From contig JAWQFM010000011.1 of NCBI GenBank assembly GCA_033442325.1, forward strand, positions 1,469,680 to 1,489,855: a stretch of 20,176 nucleotides of DNA, in the 5' to 3' direction. Origin of the DNA: Salpingoeca rosetta. Taxonomy: Eukaryota; Protista; Choanoflagellata. Shown piece after piece: positions 1 to 11,600 of the stretch (within the stretch, counting starts at the first letter, position 1; each line of letters begins with the position of its first letter). Below the pieces are notes generated by a model that had not been told where the DNA came from, did not search any database, and was given only the letters and a program-made list of their open reading frames with translations. Both the position numbers and the translations under genes were made by a program.

Positions 1-252
1 ATGAGGCGCGTGGGGCGTTGTGACACCCATTGGACAAAGCTCGATCCCTTGTATATACCATTTCGTTAGCACTTGGAGTCCTGTGGCGAAGCCCAAATTC
101 CCTCCATCCCCAAGTGGCGTGCCATGCTTTCGCTTGCTGCCGCCATTTGACCTGCAGCCCCCCGGTGGTTTCTACCTTGCACCGCCGCCCCACAACACGA
201 CCCAGCTCTGTAGCCAGCCACGAATCCGTGTGTGTATGTCTGTTAGTACGAG

Positions 253-289
253 CGTGCGTGCGTGCGTATGTGCGTATGTGCGTGTGTGC

Positions 290-329
<40 letters not shown>

Positions 330-336
330 GTGTGTG
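253..336. repeat. (GT)n/(GCGT)n intronic microsatellite
   Basis: Directly visible. Confidence 0.9.
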
Positions 337-462
337 CTGGGGTTGATTTTCTATTTCTGCCCTTGTGCTTTGTCATGCTTCCACCTCCTACACTATATTG
401 CCCCCTCCCCCACTTCTGCTCTCCTCTCATCCTCACAATGTGCGCACAACTGGTGCTTGCAG

Positions 463-933
463 ACACGCCCGGTGGCTGTGCGACTGCTGCTGGCGGTATC
501 CCTCTGCCGTGGACGCTTTGCTGCCTATGAGCAGCTGCTCCTGCGCGATGATGTGGTGAGACCGCCACACCACGCGTGGTGGAACGTTGCGCCTCACTTG
601 AACAAAACACGCTCGGCATACACAAGCTTGCAGCACTCGCGTATACACACACACTCACACACACACACACTCACACACACACACACTCACACACACACAC
701 ACACTCACACACACTCACACACAACCACATACATTCACGTTCGCATTCCCGTACACGTGCATGTTCTGTTCTCTTGTGTGATAACACCTGTTGTTTGCAC
801 TCAACCATCCCTGCCCTCGCCCGCCGCCACCCCTCTCAGGCGGATGACGTGTTGCTGCAACTGCATCGCGTGTGTCTGTTCTTGCGCAAATGCGACACTG
901 CCCGCGCAGAAAAGGCCCTACACAAAATTATCG

Positions 934-976
<43 letters not shown>

Positions 977-1394
977 TGCCGCATCTGGATGTAGCGATTG
1001 AATGTCTGCGTCCGTGTCTGTGATTCAGTGCACATGGCCGTCTCAACCTTTACACGACACAGTCATGCATGAGCGAGCACGCGCGTGCAATGCTCACACC
1101 CCGAGCCATTCCTTGATTGCGCAGGTCAACAGAAGCAAAATGTGTTTCGACTCATGGCAATTCGTCTCACCGTTGTCATTCTCGCACGTGCGTACTTCAA
1201 CCTCGTGCGTCGTGAGCATTGAACACACGTGCACATGTGTGCCTGCCATCGTGAAGCTGCCCGCAGCTCGTTGCCATACCCCTCGTCCCGCCCCTCCTCG
1301 CGTCACGAACGACCATCGCGACTGCAACACCCATCCCACTCACTTTCCATCCCTCTTAAAACATTCAATCACACACATACACACACACACACAC

Positions 1395-1433
<39 letters not shown>

Positions 1434-1459
1434 CACACACACACGCATACGCACACATG

Positions 1460-1493
<34 letters not shown>

Positions 1494-3868
1494 TGCACAC
1501 ACTTATCAACACCCCCACCACCTTTCACGCCTCATTGCTCCACACCACTGCGCCACGGCAGGGGAGGGCCGCTCTGCCAAGGTGCCGAAAGCGCTCAAGA
1601 TTGGACTGGACAACGCGTGCAAACTCGATGCCGTGCTTAGCGCTGACAACGACAAGTGGCACACACCCTACAAGCGCAATAACAGTACCCCTGCCACTTC
1701 TGGTGGTGCTGGTGATGTTGACGATGGTGCCGGTGACGTTGGCCAGGTATTGCGTGGCGTGTTGCGCATTCCAACACTGCTGCCGTCACGCGAGAGGCCA
1801 GCCACTGTACAACGCCCCTCCGTTATCGTGTGCACATCATCACCACCGCCACCACGATCAGCAGCCACACCGCTGCCACCGCCACCACCAGCATCTTCGT
1901 CACCCTCGTCATCATCGTCCCGAGCACAATCCCCGACCGCGAGCACGCCAGCAGTGGCGAGCGTGTTTGACGGTGTGCACCTGCTTCTCCACCCAAGGGC
2001 AGCGGTGCGACGCGCGCACTTTGAACTGTGTGTGATTGCAGCCCGGACACACGTGCACAGGAGCGAGTATGCACAGGCGGCGGCCGCATACAAGCGCGCG
2101 CTCGTGTGGTCGCTGCGCCCGCGACGCAATCGCCGAAACAGCGGTGGTGCACATGCTGGTGATGATGATGATGGTGGTGGTGGTGGTGGTGGTGGTGGTG
2201 GTGGTGGTGGTGGTGGTGGTGGTGGTGGTGGTGGTGGTGGTGGTGGTGAAGGGCTGAGGTCAGCACACGATGGAGAGGGGTGTTCAACACCAAGTCCCAC
2301 CTCTCCACCGTGTGGGTGCTGGCGGTTCGCCACTGCAACGAGTCTTCGAGACACGCTCGCTGCCGCCCGTCTCCCCTGGCCAACGCTGCTGGCTGATCGT
2401 GTGATTGCCGTAACAGTACCAGACGGCGGTGGCAATGGTGGTGGTGGTGGTGGTGGTGGTGGTGGGATGGATGTGTCTGTATTACACACGCTGGTTGGAT
2501 GCCTGCGTTCACCGGCTGTGGCGGGCACGGACCGTGATGAAGGCAGCAACGATGGCGGTGATGGCAGTCATGAGCAACAGAGTACAAACGGACACGCAGA
2601 TACAACAACAACAGCAGCAGAAGCAGCAACAGCAACATCGGTTGCATCGACGACACCAGCATCCCCATCACTGACGACCCCAATACATGAGCAGCAGGTG
2701 CTGTGTGAGCTGCTGTGTTTGCTGCTGGTGCACGGGGACGCGACGGACGACGCAGCTGCTGTGGTGCGCACGCTGGCGAAGGATGCTCTGCCACCCGCCA
2801 TTGCACAGACCGTGCTCGGTGGTGATGGCGGCGGCGCAGTGCAGGCTGCAGGTATGGGGTCTTCAGCTGTTCATGGTCAGAAGGTGATGGATGTCGAGTT
2901 GCTGGATGCCTTCACGGTGGCCCTGCTCGTGTGTTTGGCCCACTCGTGCACAGGCGACGAGCCTGGTGATGGGGTCCAGCGTGCGCGCACGCGCGCATTG
3001 TGCTGGGAGCTGTGCTGCGCGACGTTGTTGCATCAAGCAGGTGTTGCACACAGCACACCGCTGCAGGCGACGGAGACACCAAACACGGGTACTCGGGCAC
3101 ACGGCACGTCGGCGAACGGCCAGCCGCAGCCGACGAAGCGTGCGAAGCGACAGCAGCACGGACCTGTGCATGGGCAAGGCGCAGGTACAGCTGCTGCTAC
3201 GTGGCCCTCTGCTGTGGTGCTGCCGCTGCTGGAACACGTGGTGGTATCGTGGGCTGTCGATCTTGTTGAGAGCGGGGATGCAAAGCAGGCTGTGTTTCAC
3301 TTGCAACGTGCAGGCCTCTACCTCTGCTCTCGCGGCACCATCCCACCTTTGTTTGCATCCGCCCTTGGGTTGTCTCAAGTCGCTGGTAAGTCTCTGTGTA
3401 CATTTGTGCGTGTGTACATTTGTGCGTGTGTACATTTGTGTGCGTGCGGTGTGTGTGTGTGTACATTAGTGCGCGCGCGTGTGTGTGTGTGTGTGCGTGC
3501 GTGTGTGTGTATGTTAACGTACACATGCCTCGTGTGTGTTCTTTCCTTGTTATTGTCTTTGGGGTTTACTTCCTTGATCGTTCAGAGTAGCGTCGTGAGT
3601 GCTGTCCTCATGCCACACTTCTTCCTCGTCAACTCATGCCTGCGCTCAACGTACACTCACCATTTCTGCTCTTGCTTCACCTTCACGACCACCGCCTTCA
3701 CCCCGCCCTTAAGCTGGCTATAATGCGCAAGGCAAACGCACGCTTGCACGTGTCGCTTCCAACAAGCCCCCGCAACCACACCAACAACAAGCACCAACAC
3801 CACAACACAGACAGCGACTGCGGAGTTTGGTGGGCAAGCAGATCGCTGCGATTGTAGACAATTTGTAA
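463..3868 (+). CDS. Uncharacterised alpha-helical/TPR-like protein with low-complexity inserts, 5'-partial; possible divergent Integrator subunit 10-like
   Basis: Phase-consistent exons 463-555 (TRPVAVRLLL..), 840-933 (ADDVLLQLHRV..EKALHKII), 1562-3385 (large exon within ORF 1582..3723, donor gtaagt at 3386) and 3714-3868 (..RQRLRSLVGKQIAAIVDNL*). TPR-like segment ELCVIAARTHVHRSEYAQAAAAYKRAL. Upstream exons and start codon not resolved. Confidence 0.65.
644..722. repeat. (CA)n/(CACT) intronic microsatellite
   Basis: Directly visible within intron 556-839. Confidence 0.9.
1370..1502. repeat. (CA)n intronic microsatellite
   Basis: Directly visible near the 3' end of intron 934-1561. Confidence 0.9.
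2173..2247 (+). repeat. (GGT)25 coding microsatellite, poly-Gly
   Basis: Perfect ggt run in the gene 1 large exon, with a second shorter run at about 2438-2463. Confidence 0.95.
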
Positions 3869-3905
3869 ACGATATCACGCAATTTTCGGCAACACCCGGA
3901 ACGTG

Positions 3906-5268
3906 ATGAGGGTGCTGGTGTTGGTGTGTGTTGTGATTGGGGTTGTGTGTGCTGGCGGCAGTGCTGCTGCTACTGCTGTGCTTGACGATGCCGACATTTC
4001 ATTCCAAATACACTCGTACAACGACCTGCGTCTCTGGCCACAAGTGCGTATACTTGTGTGACCGTATAATGTGAAGGTGAAGGTGACCTTGTGTAAACGT
4101 GAATGTGGCCGTGTGTAAACGTGAACGTGAGCATGAATATGGCCATGTTTGAAGGTGAATGTGCATGTGATCATGTGAAGATGAGTGATGTGTGGTCGTG
4201 ACCATGAACGCGTTGGAGAACGTGAATGCTTGGTGGCAGCCTGATCGTGGTTGCCCCCTTGCTTCCTTTGTCCAACTCCTCTCCATCACCATCCCGCAAC
4301 AACACTGACTGTGCTGTACGACAACAAATGTTTTGTTGTGACTGGCATGATGATGTGTGCGCGCCCGCATGAATCGCAGCTGATGAGGAAGAGCGCGACT
4401 TGGTTCAAGATTGACCCGCATTGGATGCCGCCAGAGTTTTGCAGATCCCAAGAACGCGTCACAAACACGACCGATGGCTGCTTCGTTCTGAATCACGATC
4501 GGCCGTCTGGGCGTCGCACAACTTACAACACAACAGATGACCTCCTATCTTTCTTTACCTCGCCCCTGTAAGTGATGATTATTCTTTTCGTTCGTTGTGT
4601 TTGTCATTGTGGGCCACCTTGTTGTGCTGTTTACGCCGCTTTTGTGTTCAGCATGTGTTTGCACAATGGCTGTTGCTGCTGCTCATCTCGTCGTTCTCAT
4701 CCGACTCCAAACTGGCCGTGCCCGTCTTTGCTTTGCTTGGCTTGGGATCACAGTGTCAAGAGCTACTTCTCCTCGGGCCCAGAGAAGCATGTGGCCTTGT
4801 GCTTCAAGTGGGATAATGCTGTTGGACTCTGCAGCGACTTTCCGGCGGCAAAGCATTGGCGCGCACTTGCAGATGCGTTCTTCGACCGCGCGACACGTAC
4901 GCAACTGCCACTTGTGTGCGTGTGAAGGAGAGGGCGAGGTCCGATTTCGCTTGTGTGTATGGTCGAGCTGAGATCTCGGCGCTGGTGGATTGTAATGCTG
5001 CTCAAGCTCATGTGACACTGTGTGTGTGTGTGTGTGTGCACTTGTTTACTTTTCCGTGCGGTCTTAGGCGTGATTCGGGAGCATGGATTGAATGTCACAT
5101 TTGTGTTGGACGGGGCCGGCACGCCCACGAAGCGGAGTTGTCTCAACAACAGGTGGACGCCGCTTGTTGCCACGTGGATTGTCGGGCGTGACCCAGACTC
5201 GGCACTCACCAGCAACGCAACTTCCAACGGTGACTACCGCTACCAGGTGCGGCGTTGACGTGCATGTG

Positions 5269-5321
<53 letters not shown>

Positions 5322-6450
5322 GTGCATGTGTGTGGTGTGTGTGTGTGTGTGGTGTGTGTGTGTGTGTGTGTGGGTGTTTGAATTTGATTGGCTCTGTATC
5401 TCTCTCTGTCTATCTATCTGTGTGCTGCAGCGCGTGCTCTGGCATGTGTATTCGAGCATGAATGTCTGCTCGCTTTCATTCCACGATTCTCACGTCAGCC
5501 GTCTCGCCTTGCTCCAATTCTGTGTTGCAGGTCAACAACATGCCAGCCGGGAACCCAGTCGCCGCAAACCTACAGACACTTCGAGTAAGATTGCCTTAGC
5601 TGCTCACTGAGCCGTTGTTTGCCTCTGCCGCATGCATTCATTCGTACACATGTTTGTCCACTTACTCGCGCACCCACTCACTCACCCATCCATCCATGCA
5701 CTCATTCACTCTCTCACTGTCTCGCCTATCGTCAGGCCAAGGACTATGGCAAGTTCTTGAACACGTCCTACCCGTTCCTGTTCTGGGAGCCTGCAGCGCA
5801 GCAAGACATTGTGGACGTTGTCTCCGCATACAAGCAGGGACCAATCACGCGTGCTGGCCTTCGTTTTGCAACAAACATCGACCCGGTGCAAGTCAGCCTG
5901 TACGCAGCCTCCACATCTACCTCAGCAACAACAGAAACTCGAACAGCACTTGGTGTGAAGGATAACGTGGCTGCGACACAGACGACTTGGCCACGGACGG
6001 CCTCACGTCCTGCGTATGCGTTTGGTGCGCGGAGTGATCGCGTTGCATCCAACACATCGCAGGTGTGGACGGCACATGGCCACGCCATCGTACTTGCGCC
6101 GTCATCATTAGAAGCCTCAGCAGTATCGTCACCAGAAGCAGCGGCGGCATCAGCTGGTACAACACCAAAGGGCACCACGACGGACAAGCTCACGTATTAT
6201 TGGACAGCCACAAACGGGTCGCTGGTGCCTCTGCCTCTCATGGCTGGGCGCACCCTGCTGTCAGTCAGCGTTGACCCCAGCGACCACAGCCGCGTGTTGC
6301 TTGCATGCACGGACACCCTGGTGATGTACACCTTGGGTGAAGCGGGAGGTGTGGCAGCCAAGAACGGCACGGTGGTGAACTGGCCAGTGACTGGGCACGT
6401 GGCTGGGTTTGCGCCCATCCAGAGCAATGCAACAGCAGCAGCAGCAACAG

Positions 6451-6481
<31 letters not shown>

Positions 6482-7975
6482 GACGGCGACAATGACCTCA
6501 ACAGCTAGTGCTGCAGCGCTGTCTGGGGTGGTTACTTATCATGACAACGGTCACGCCGACCGCACCCGCACTGGGGACGGAGATGATGTGCAGGGTGATC
6601 AGCGCTTGTGCTTTGCAGTCGTGCGCGTGTCGCGGTACAGCAGTGCGGATTCGCCGACCACTGCCATCACGAGCAAGGCGTGCACTCCTCAGACTGTGGC
6701 GGCTGCTCGTGTCGCTACGGTTGCAGTCACAGGTGCCGATGCTGCCAGGCTGTGCAGCCACACAAATGACGTGCTGGTGCTCGCATCAGCAAACGTCAGC
6801 ACCACCCATGTCAGCCTGTTGGCAGCATGTCTTGATACCTCCACGAACACCACAACCATGCTCTTCAACACGCAAACCTTTGCCACAGGTATGCGGCACT
6901 CACTCTGCGTTTGTGTGTGTGTGGGTGTGTGTGTGTGTGTGTGTGTGTGTGGTGGGTGGGGGGGGGTGGTGTGTGGGTGTGTGTGTGTGGGTGTGTGTGG
7001 GTGTGTGTGGGTGTGGGTGGGTGTGTGTGGGTGTGGGTGGGCGGGTAAGTGGGTGTGTGGGCGTGGATGGCTGTATGTGGGTGTGCGTGTGTGGGTGTGC
7101 ATGTGTGAGCGTGGGTGGGTGTGGACGGCTGTATGTGACTGTGTATGGGTGTGTGCCTTGCTGTTGCGCGTTCGTGTTCGTTATCCTCTTGCTTACACGA
7201 TGCTGTCCTGACCTTCACCCCATCATGTTAGGAACGTATCCGTCACTTGATTTGACGGTACACAACTCAACCGCGTACATGGCACTCGTCGTTCAGGACG
7301 CGTTTTGTTGGAACACTGAGACCCACAACAAACAGGTGTGCGATGAAGTGATGGTGATGTTGATTCGACTAACATAACGTGGCTACCTTCGCTGCCCCAT
7401 CGTTCCCCTCTTGCCATGCACTCCTTCCCTCCTTTCATTTCCCATCCATCTACTGGAACCGGCCCCCTCCCCCGCCCCCCACTTGACGGATCATTCACTC
7501 ACGCATACCTCTGGTGAATTTGCGTTGCCCTCCCTTCCTCGCCTTGTCACAGCCGTACCCTGGTGCATGCGACAACGAGCCAACACCAACCCAGTTTGCG
7601 CTGTCGTATACCGTGTCGAGCGTGACGGATCTGTGGCGCCGTGTGCAGGCGTATGCTGGCAGCACCGTGGCCACACCGTGCACCTACGCAAGCGCCGATC
7701 CGTCGCAGCAGCAGCAGCTTTCGACGTTCGTGCACGGCACGTTCGGCGCTGGCAAGCACCCTGATGTTTCCGTTACCGTAGCAGGAGCGCGTGATGGTCT
7801 GGCGACCAGCGAACCTGTGCTGCGACTGCAGACAGCGCAGATGACGCTCACGCACAGTGATCCCATTTCGTCTGCGCTCAGCGAATGCGGCGCGCCCATT
7901 GTTGGTGCCACCACCGTGGTCCGAGATGATGAACAAGAGCTCTCTGACGCTCTCCTTCACACATGGCTTCTCTAG
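3906..7975 (+). CDS. Secreted glycoprotein (~793 aa) with N-terminal PLC-like phosphodiesterase (TIM-barrel)-like region and Ala/Thr-rich, beta-rich C-terminal part
   Basis: Exons 3906-4043, 4380-4567, 4754-4896, 5068-5246, 5531-5584, 5736-6888, 7232-7335, 7553-7975, all GT-AG and in phase (2382 nt). Signal peptide MRVLVLVCVVIGVVCAGGSAAA, many N-x-S/T sequons, and motif IHSYND..WFKIDPHW..FVLNHD. The exon structure is better supported than the function. Confidence 0.75.
5265..5377. repeat. (GT)n intronic microsatellite
   Basis: Directly visible in intron 5247-5530. Confidence 0.9.
6912..7155. repeat. (GT)n/(GGGTGT)n G-rich intronic repeat
   Basis: Directly visible in intron 6889-7231. Confidence 0.9.
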
Positions 7976-7994
7976 ACATCCCTGTTACCACCTG

Positions 7995-8150
7995 GTGTGT
8001 GTGGTCTGTGTGCGTGTATGTCTGTTCCTGTGGATGTGTATCTGTGTTTGTGTGTGCGTCTGTGTCTGTGGATGTGTGTCTGTGTGTGCGTCTGTGTCTG
8101 TGGATGTGTGTTTGTGTATCTGTATCTATGTCTGTGTGTCTGTGTTCGTG
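7995..8150. repeat. Degenerate (GTCTGT)/(GT)n repeat downstream of gene 2 stop
   Basis: Directly visible. Confidence 0.8.
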
Positions 8151-8614
8151 CATCTTGCGCCCCCCCCCCTCTGCTCTTCAATCACACGCGCGTTCGCCTG
8201 CCACCGTCGTTTGTTACTTCTTGCTTGCCCAGCTCAAATGTAGTCCTTCATGCCTTTGGCTCCCACCCAATCAGTTGGCACTGCACCAACCCCCTGATGA
8301 CGTCATGAAACGCGAAAGCTGTTGAAACACACCACAAATACTCGTGGGAAATTTAGACACACCCCAACCTCCTCTGTTTGCCGTTTTTTCGTGCAGGGCG
8401 GTGGCAGCTGGTGTGCAGCCTTCTTTCAAACAACATCTGTCGTCGCACTGCACTCGCGTCTGCAGCGGGGGTTCAGAAGGGTGCCTGCTCGCATCAACAA
8501 CAAGGTGGCGTTTGCCTCGTCTACACTGCCTGCTTTCCGCGTTCTGCATCACAACCCACACACCACAGCGTCCGCTGTTGTTCACTTGTGGTCTCGTTTG
8601 CTAGGAGACAAAAC

Positions 8615-11600
8615 ATGGACTTATCGCCGTCTTCGTCATCTGCATCCCGCTCGCCAATGACGGCGCTGAGGAGATCTTCCGCACACACTCGCACCATTCA
8701 GGTTCGTGCGCTGATCATGTAACGGCTGTTTCGTGTCACGCAAATCACAACAGCAGAACACCAACCCCACATCTGTTCAATCCGGTCGTCAGCGACGAGC
8801 GCAGCGCTCTGTGGTCGTGGGCGGTGGATGAGTTGCTGTGGTGGTGATGGTTGTTGGGGCGGGTCCTGGCTCCAGCTCCAATGCACCCAGCGAGCGCACA
8901 CAACTGCAGCGCCTTCTCCGTCTCCTTCTCCTCCCTCTCCCCCTTCTCCTCCTTCTCCGCCCCCTTCTCCTCCTCCTTCACTGCCTCTCGCGTCTTCCTC
9001 CTCTCTCTTTCCTCGACGCTCTTATCGTGCGAGCATGCACGCCTCCTTGTTACCCGTGGTGTATGAGGGCACCTGTGCGCCTCAACCACAGGCAACCTCA
9101 CACGCTGTGGATGATGCGTGCGCCCTACGATCCGATTCCCAGGCGCTGGCAGAGGCGATGAACATTCGATCGCCGCTGCTCGCCCAAGATGGCTCTTGGC
9201 ACTCGCGGCCATTCGCATCCTCCTTCTGTGACCAGCTTGGAACAACAAACGATACCACCACAACAACAAGTGCGTTCGTGTGCGTGCGTGCATGCATGTG
9301 TGTGCGTGCGTGCGTGTGTGTGCGAACGAGGGAATGATAGAGGTGCAAGAGGGCGTTCGTGTGCTAGAGCTTGTTCGACACAACCTGATACTGTGCTCAT
9401 CCTTTGTCTTCGCATGTGACTGCAGCAGGTTTTGCTCTCAACGCGAACCATTTGGGTACTGGACGTGGTAGCTTAGACCTGAGCAGGTGCGTTTCACGTT
9501 GTTTGTGTGTGTGTGAATGTTTACTTCCTTTTGTGCACGCATGTAGCTCATGAAGCTTCATCACCCCTGTTTGCATGCATGCATCAATTGCAACACACCA
9601 TACCGTGGAAAACGCACGCAACGCCGCACAGGATTGCACCGCCAGCAGATTCAAGAGCGTCATCCATTGCAAGTCGCAACAGCATGTTCGTCTCGCCAGC
9701 CGTCTACGTCAAGGCCGAAATCCTGGAGACGGAAGAGGCATACGTGCAAGGGCTGGAGCTTCTTGCTCGGGTGAGTTGCTTCATCTGTGTGTGTGTATGT
9801 GCGTTCGTACGTGTGTGTGCTTGTGTTTGTGTGTGTGTGTGTGTGTGTGTGCGTGCGTGTTTGTGCATGCCATGCAGAGAGCTGGTGAATGACACTGCAA
9901 AAGCCACTGCGTTCGTTTCACCATGTCATGCTGCTTCACTTCCAGCTCTATATCAAGCCCTTGAAAGTGTCCGGCATTTTGTCTCCCGAAGGTGCGCGCG
10001 TGCGTTTGTGTGCGTGTGTGTCTGCGCGTATGCATGTGTACATGTATATGTGCGTGTGTGTGTGTGTGTGTGTGTGCTGTCTCCTGTCAGGGGTTAATGG
10101 GTTTGAATCTTGATGAACTTGTACGTGGGCGCTGTCCTCGGGTACAGATGTGACATCCATCTTCAACAACCTTGAGATGCTGCTGGCGGTGAATCGAGCG
10201 CTCCTGGCTGCGGTTGGTAGCATGACAGCCCCATGCGTGCCTGCGAAAAAGCAACCCTATGTGCGCCTGCAAAAAGGCAGACCCCTCTTCCTCCCTCCGT
10301 TTTTGTTACCTGTGTCTGCGACAGCGTTATGGTGATGGCCGTTCTTTCCAACACACAAGTTCCTCATCGCAGCGCCCATCATGATGCCTGCAACAGATGC
10401 ACAATGATGGCATCGTCCAGGCCTTTCATAGCATGGGTACGTTTGTATTGAAATGAGAAGTGCTACGAGTCGGGTGTCATCCATGCTTGTACACACGAGA
10501 TGGCCTGTGTTTGGCGTCACTCATGGCATGTCATGCAACTCCCCATCCTGTCTTTCCCTTGCTGTTGGCGTTTGCATCTATCATCAAGCACCGTTCTTGA
10601 AGGTGTACTCGCTGTATGCTGAAAGCTTCGAAGGGTCCATGGAGAAGGTGCGCTGTGTGTGCATATGTGTGAACACGAGTGGGAACGAGTGAGTGCAAGG
10701 CATTGATTGCCACAACATCAAGCATCCAATGTTCTCTTGGCAAGAGCACGCCACATGCGCAGTATTACTCACGCCGCACTGACATTCACACACTCACACT
10801 CGCACGTTACCACCACCACCACCAATGACATACACACTGTCTTGATTGTGTCAGATCAATCAAAATGCAAGGAAGAACAAGCGGTTTCGCCAATTCAAGG
10901 ACATGCAAACGTCGCTTCCGGAAAGCAAAGTCAGTGCTCTGTCGTCTACGCCGGGCAAGCATGCCGCGTAAAGGCACGGGAGGTGGAGCAGACACACATA
11001 CACATGCAAACACAAACAACAACAGCAGCAGCAACAACAACAACAGCAGCAGCAACAACAACAACAACGTGCATTGTGGCCTCTTGTTGCATCGCACATG
11101 CTCTGTCAGCCCTGTCCGTTGTCTTACACTCGTGGCACCAACATGGCGAAAACCAACGCTGCTGCAGGACCTTGGGTTGGAGGCGCTGATGCTGGCGCCC
11201 ATTCAGCGACTGCCACGCTACCAGCTGCTCCTCGAGTCACTGCTCACGGCCACGCCGCAGACAGACCCATCCTATCTCATCGTCAAAGGTATCGCCCAGT
11301 ACACCTGCTTGCACTGCGACCGCTTGCCGGCGCCAGAACGTGCGCATTCTCGGCGTATTCTCAACGCTTGGGACCCACGAAAACTGTTGCTTGCGCCAAT
11401 GCCTCGTTGCAGATGTGGTTGAGCAAGTGTCACAGGTGAACTGTCACGTCAACACAGCGCTGCGTCGGCAAGACAGCCGTCTCAAGGTGAACAGTCGCAC
11501 GTGGCTAGCTGTATGTCTCCCTGCTACAAAGTTGCGTGCTGTCTCATGACACCACTTCACGCATTCTGAGGCACGCACGCTCATAATCGTGTTTGTGATG

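Noticed and set aside
1-250. ATG at position 1 or an upstream exon of gene 1
   Set aside because: The frame from ATG 1 stops at 67-69; other frames are open but splice sites and phase could not be assigned with confidence.
1668-2806. Minus-strand poly-Pro (formin-like) and poly-His ORFs
   Set aside because: Reverse complement of the GGT repeats in gene 1; no FH2 or other domain.
3591-3857. ORF 3636..3857 as the gene 1 last exon
   Set aside because: No well-placed acceptor at its 5' end matches the phase-1 donor at 3386; the 3714-3868 exon fits the phase and follows a pyrimidine-rich tract.
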